Source: Hydrolagus colliei (Eukaryota). Taken from it: DNA of 64,000 bases. Positions 61,746 to 64,000 of this stretch are shown one piece after another. The stretch is taken from assembly GCA_035084275.1 (NCBI GenBank), contig CM068749.1:15872001-15936000 (forward strand), read 5' to 3'. The first letter of the stretch is position 1. The number at the start of each line of letters is the position of its first letter. The notes beneath the pieces were generated by a model that ran no database searches, had not been told where the DNA came from, and saw nothing but the letters and a program-made list of their open reading frames with translations. The position numbers and the translations under genes are program-made.

Positions 61746-63952
61746 ATTTAATTTAAAGTAACTCAAGGTAGATATTTGGATTTTTAAAATCAAATCATTT
61801 TAATCATAGTCATGAATATGAGCATTGATAGAAAAAAATGCATGATTAATTATGTATCATTGTTGTATGTCATTTCTACTCAAAAATGCAAATTTCAATA
61901 TTTAATGGATCTCATTATATTTTACCCCAGGAACTTTCAGTCATAAAGAATATTGGGAATAGTAAAACGGAAACATCTTAAGCTTCTTTGTTCAGTCTTT
62001 GGATCCAATTCTAACCGATTTGAATGTTTCATGCAGGCCCTGTACAAAGTTCAGGCATCAGTTATTTTAACAAGTCGCTGTTGTTAATCAATCCATCCAT
62101 TTATTATGGTCCACTCCATAATCTCCAATGGTTGTGACTATTCTATGTATATCACTGTCTCTAATTAAATGGAGGGAGGAATATGGCACTCTCTTGGAAA
62201 GTGAAGAGATGCCTTTGTGTTGAAGTGTTTTAGGTACTGAAATCAAGTGGCCATCAATGTATACAGTCGGCCAGATTATGATTAGAACACAAAGAGTGGT
62301 AACCTTTTTTTTCATTGAAAAGGAGAGTGTTATTTTTGTACAGGCTAGGATTTATGCACAGGCTTATTGCATCATCAGTGAGATTATGAGATAGCAATTT
62401 GATCGTGCACTCTTTATACCGTAATGCTTTACATATATGTTTGTCCGAACCTGAATTATGGAGATTATTGTTCTTTTTGTCATAATGCATCACTGGTTCC
62501 CACTGCCTGCATTTCAATTATACTACAGTATATATGAAAACAATTTGCACAAAATGATTTCTTGAATCCAGGTAGGATCTTATAATGGGTTGATACTTTA
62601 ATGTAAATCCACCAACAATTTCCAACTTTCAGTTGAAATTTGCTTCAAGCATATTGAATAGGTATGATTTTCTCTCTTTTGTAGTCTGTTTTCTGGTTTA
62701 CCTCTTCCTTGTCTCTTTTGCTCTCCATATGGCCTTGATGTCAAAATATATTTTTGGTCCACAGTAAATCACAAACTTATTTTTTTCCAGAAGAAGGTGC
62801 AAAGGTGCTGTAACTGATCCCTTGGAGTCCAACTGTTGTATTCTGTTTCCTTTTGCTTTCCGAATTTTCTACCATCAATAAGATGATTTCAGTGTGTTTT
62901 TCTATGAGGAGTGGAGTTCCAAATCGTAAATCACTACTAAAGCCTGCAATAGTTCTTGACCTGTACAAGCAACAGGGATTACTTAGTGATTATGCTGATG
63001 TAAAGTAAATTGAGTACAGATATTCACAGCTGATTGTACAAACTCAGATACAAACACCAGCACAATGTTGAGCTACAACTACATGAAGCACAGCTATATT
63101 AACTTGTTTTATAGACTAAACCAATTCCTGAGATTCCAGAGCACTTCACCACAGGAAGCTCAGTTTTGAACATCATTCAGCACCTTGCAGCAGCCTCTTT
63201 TTTTCAATCTTCCAATGTCTCAGTGAGTCAGGATAGCTCCTGGAGTGACTCTGAGCCATACAGAGTGCAAAGATCCTGGTATCCATTTGAATTCACTTAT
63301 CTCAGTCGAAGCTTCATACCTTGCTCTGTCGGAATACTATGATTAAACGTAACATATCAGAGGCTAAGGATGAGATACATTAGCTAGCACCGCCATTTAA
63401 TTATTCCTTTCCAATGACTTTCCCACACACACCCAATCCTACTCCAGACCCTTAGACGTGGGGTGGGGTAAATCACTGGAGGAATAAATAGATGGGAGTC
63501 CCAGCTAATTTAGTCCAGAACTAAGCCTGTAAGTGGCAATGACAGGGTTGGGTTGAGTTTAGCTTCTTTGGTCACTCAGTTGAATAAACTGATAGGCAGG
63601 GTCATTTTTCCCCATGTTTTCACAAGTTGTTCACTGTAGTGTAAAGTGAATGCAATTGCTTGCTAAACATACTTATTTTGTACAGGATCCGATCTTTTTC
63701 GCCCTGTTTTCTTGGTTCGCTGTTTATTTGAAGGCAATGCTAAGACAATGAATTACGATTTGAAGAACACTGGTAGCAATTCAATGCCTCAAGTTGGCAA
63801 CAATCATCAATCTCGACGAGCCTCAACAGTGGGTGTAACTGACAATTGAACCAGGGAGGAGAGAATTGAGGTGGGGGAGAGAGGAAATGTCAAAACTAAA
63901 CCTGAGTCAACATCCACAGGCACACATCCAGCAAAATCTCTGAAAGGGGATC

Positions 63953-63983
63953 TGGGGTGGGGTGGGGTGGGGTGGGGTGGGGG
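63953..63983 (+). repeat. (TGGGG)6 pentanucleotide repeat, potential G-quadruplex
   Basis: Six G4 runs separated by single T. Confidence 0.9.
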
Positions 63984-64000
63984 CAGTAAGATCAATTGTA

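Noticed and set aside
252-63995. About 190 short ORFs (60-127 aa) in the ORF track as host genes
   Set aside because: No recognisable domains, many start at non-ATG codons, and their lengths fit chance in eukaryotic non-coding DNA. Those with motifs are TE remnants.

Overview
AT-rich, CpG-depleted, non-coding vertebrate genomic DNA (large intron or gene desert). Its repeats point to a cartilaginous fish, most likely a chimaera (inference): a chondrichthyan-type CR1 LINE, L2 3' ends, and tRNA-derived Deu-domain SINEs with L2-like tails. The only substantial ORF (40254-41834) is the reverse transcriptase of a young, 5'-truncated CR1. Almost all other ORF-track entries are chance ORFs or translations of decayed repeats. 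I could not assign any host coding exon with confidence; the best candidate is a + strand first exon near 12.7-12.9 kb. I found no CRISPR array, operon, rRNA or functional tRNA, and no clearly new biological system. The most interesting signals concern retrotransposition mechanics: a perfect 31-bp templated capture at an L2 5' junction, four independent events hitting the same ~25-nt spot of one SINE family, a tRNA-Val-like 5' half fused to a SINE head, and SINE subfamilies with and without a Meta-like domain. There is also a decayed hAT transposase and several enhancer-like blocks. Boundaries of old repeats were read by eye and are approximate.
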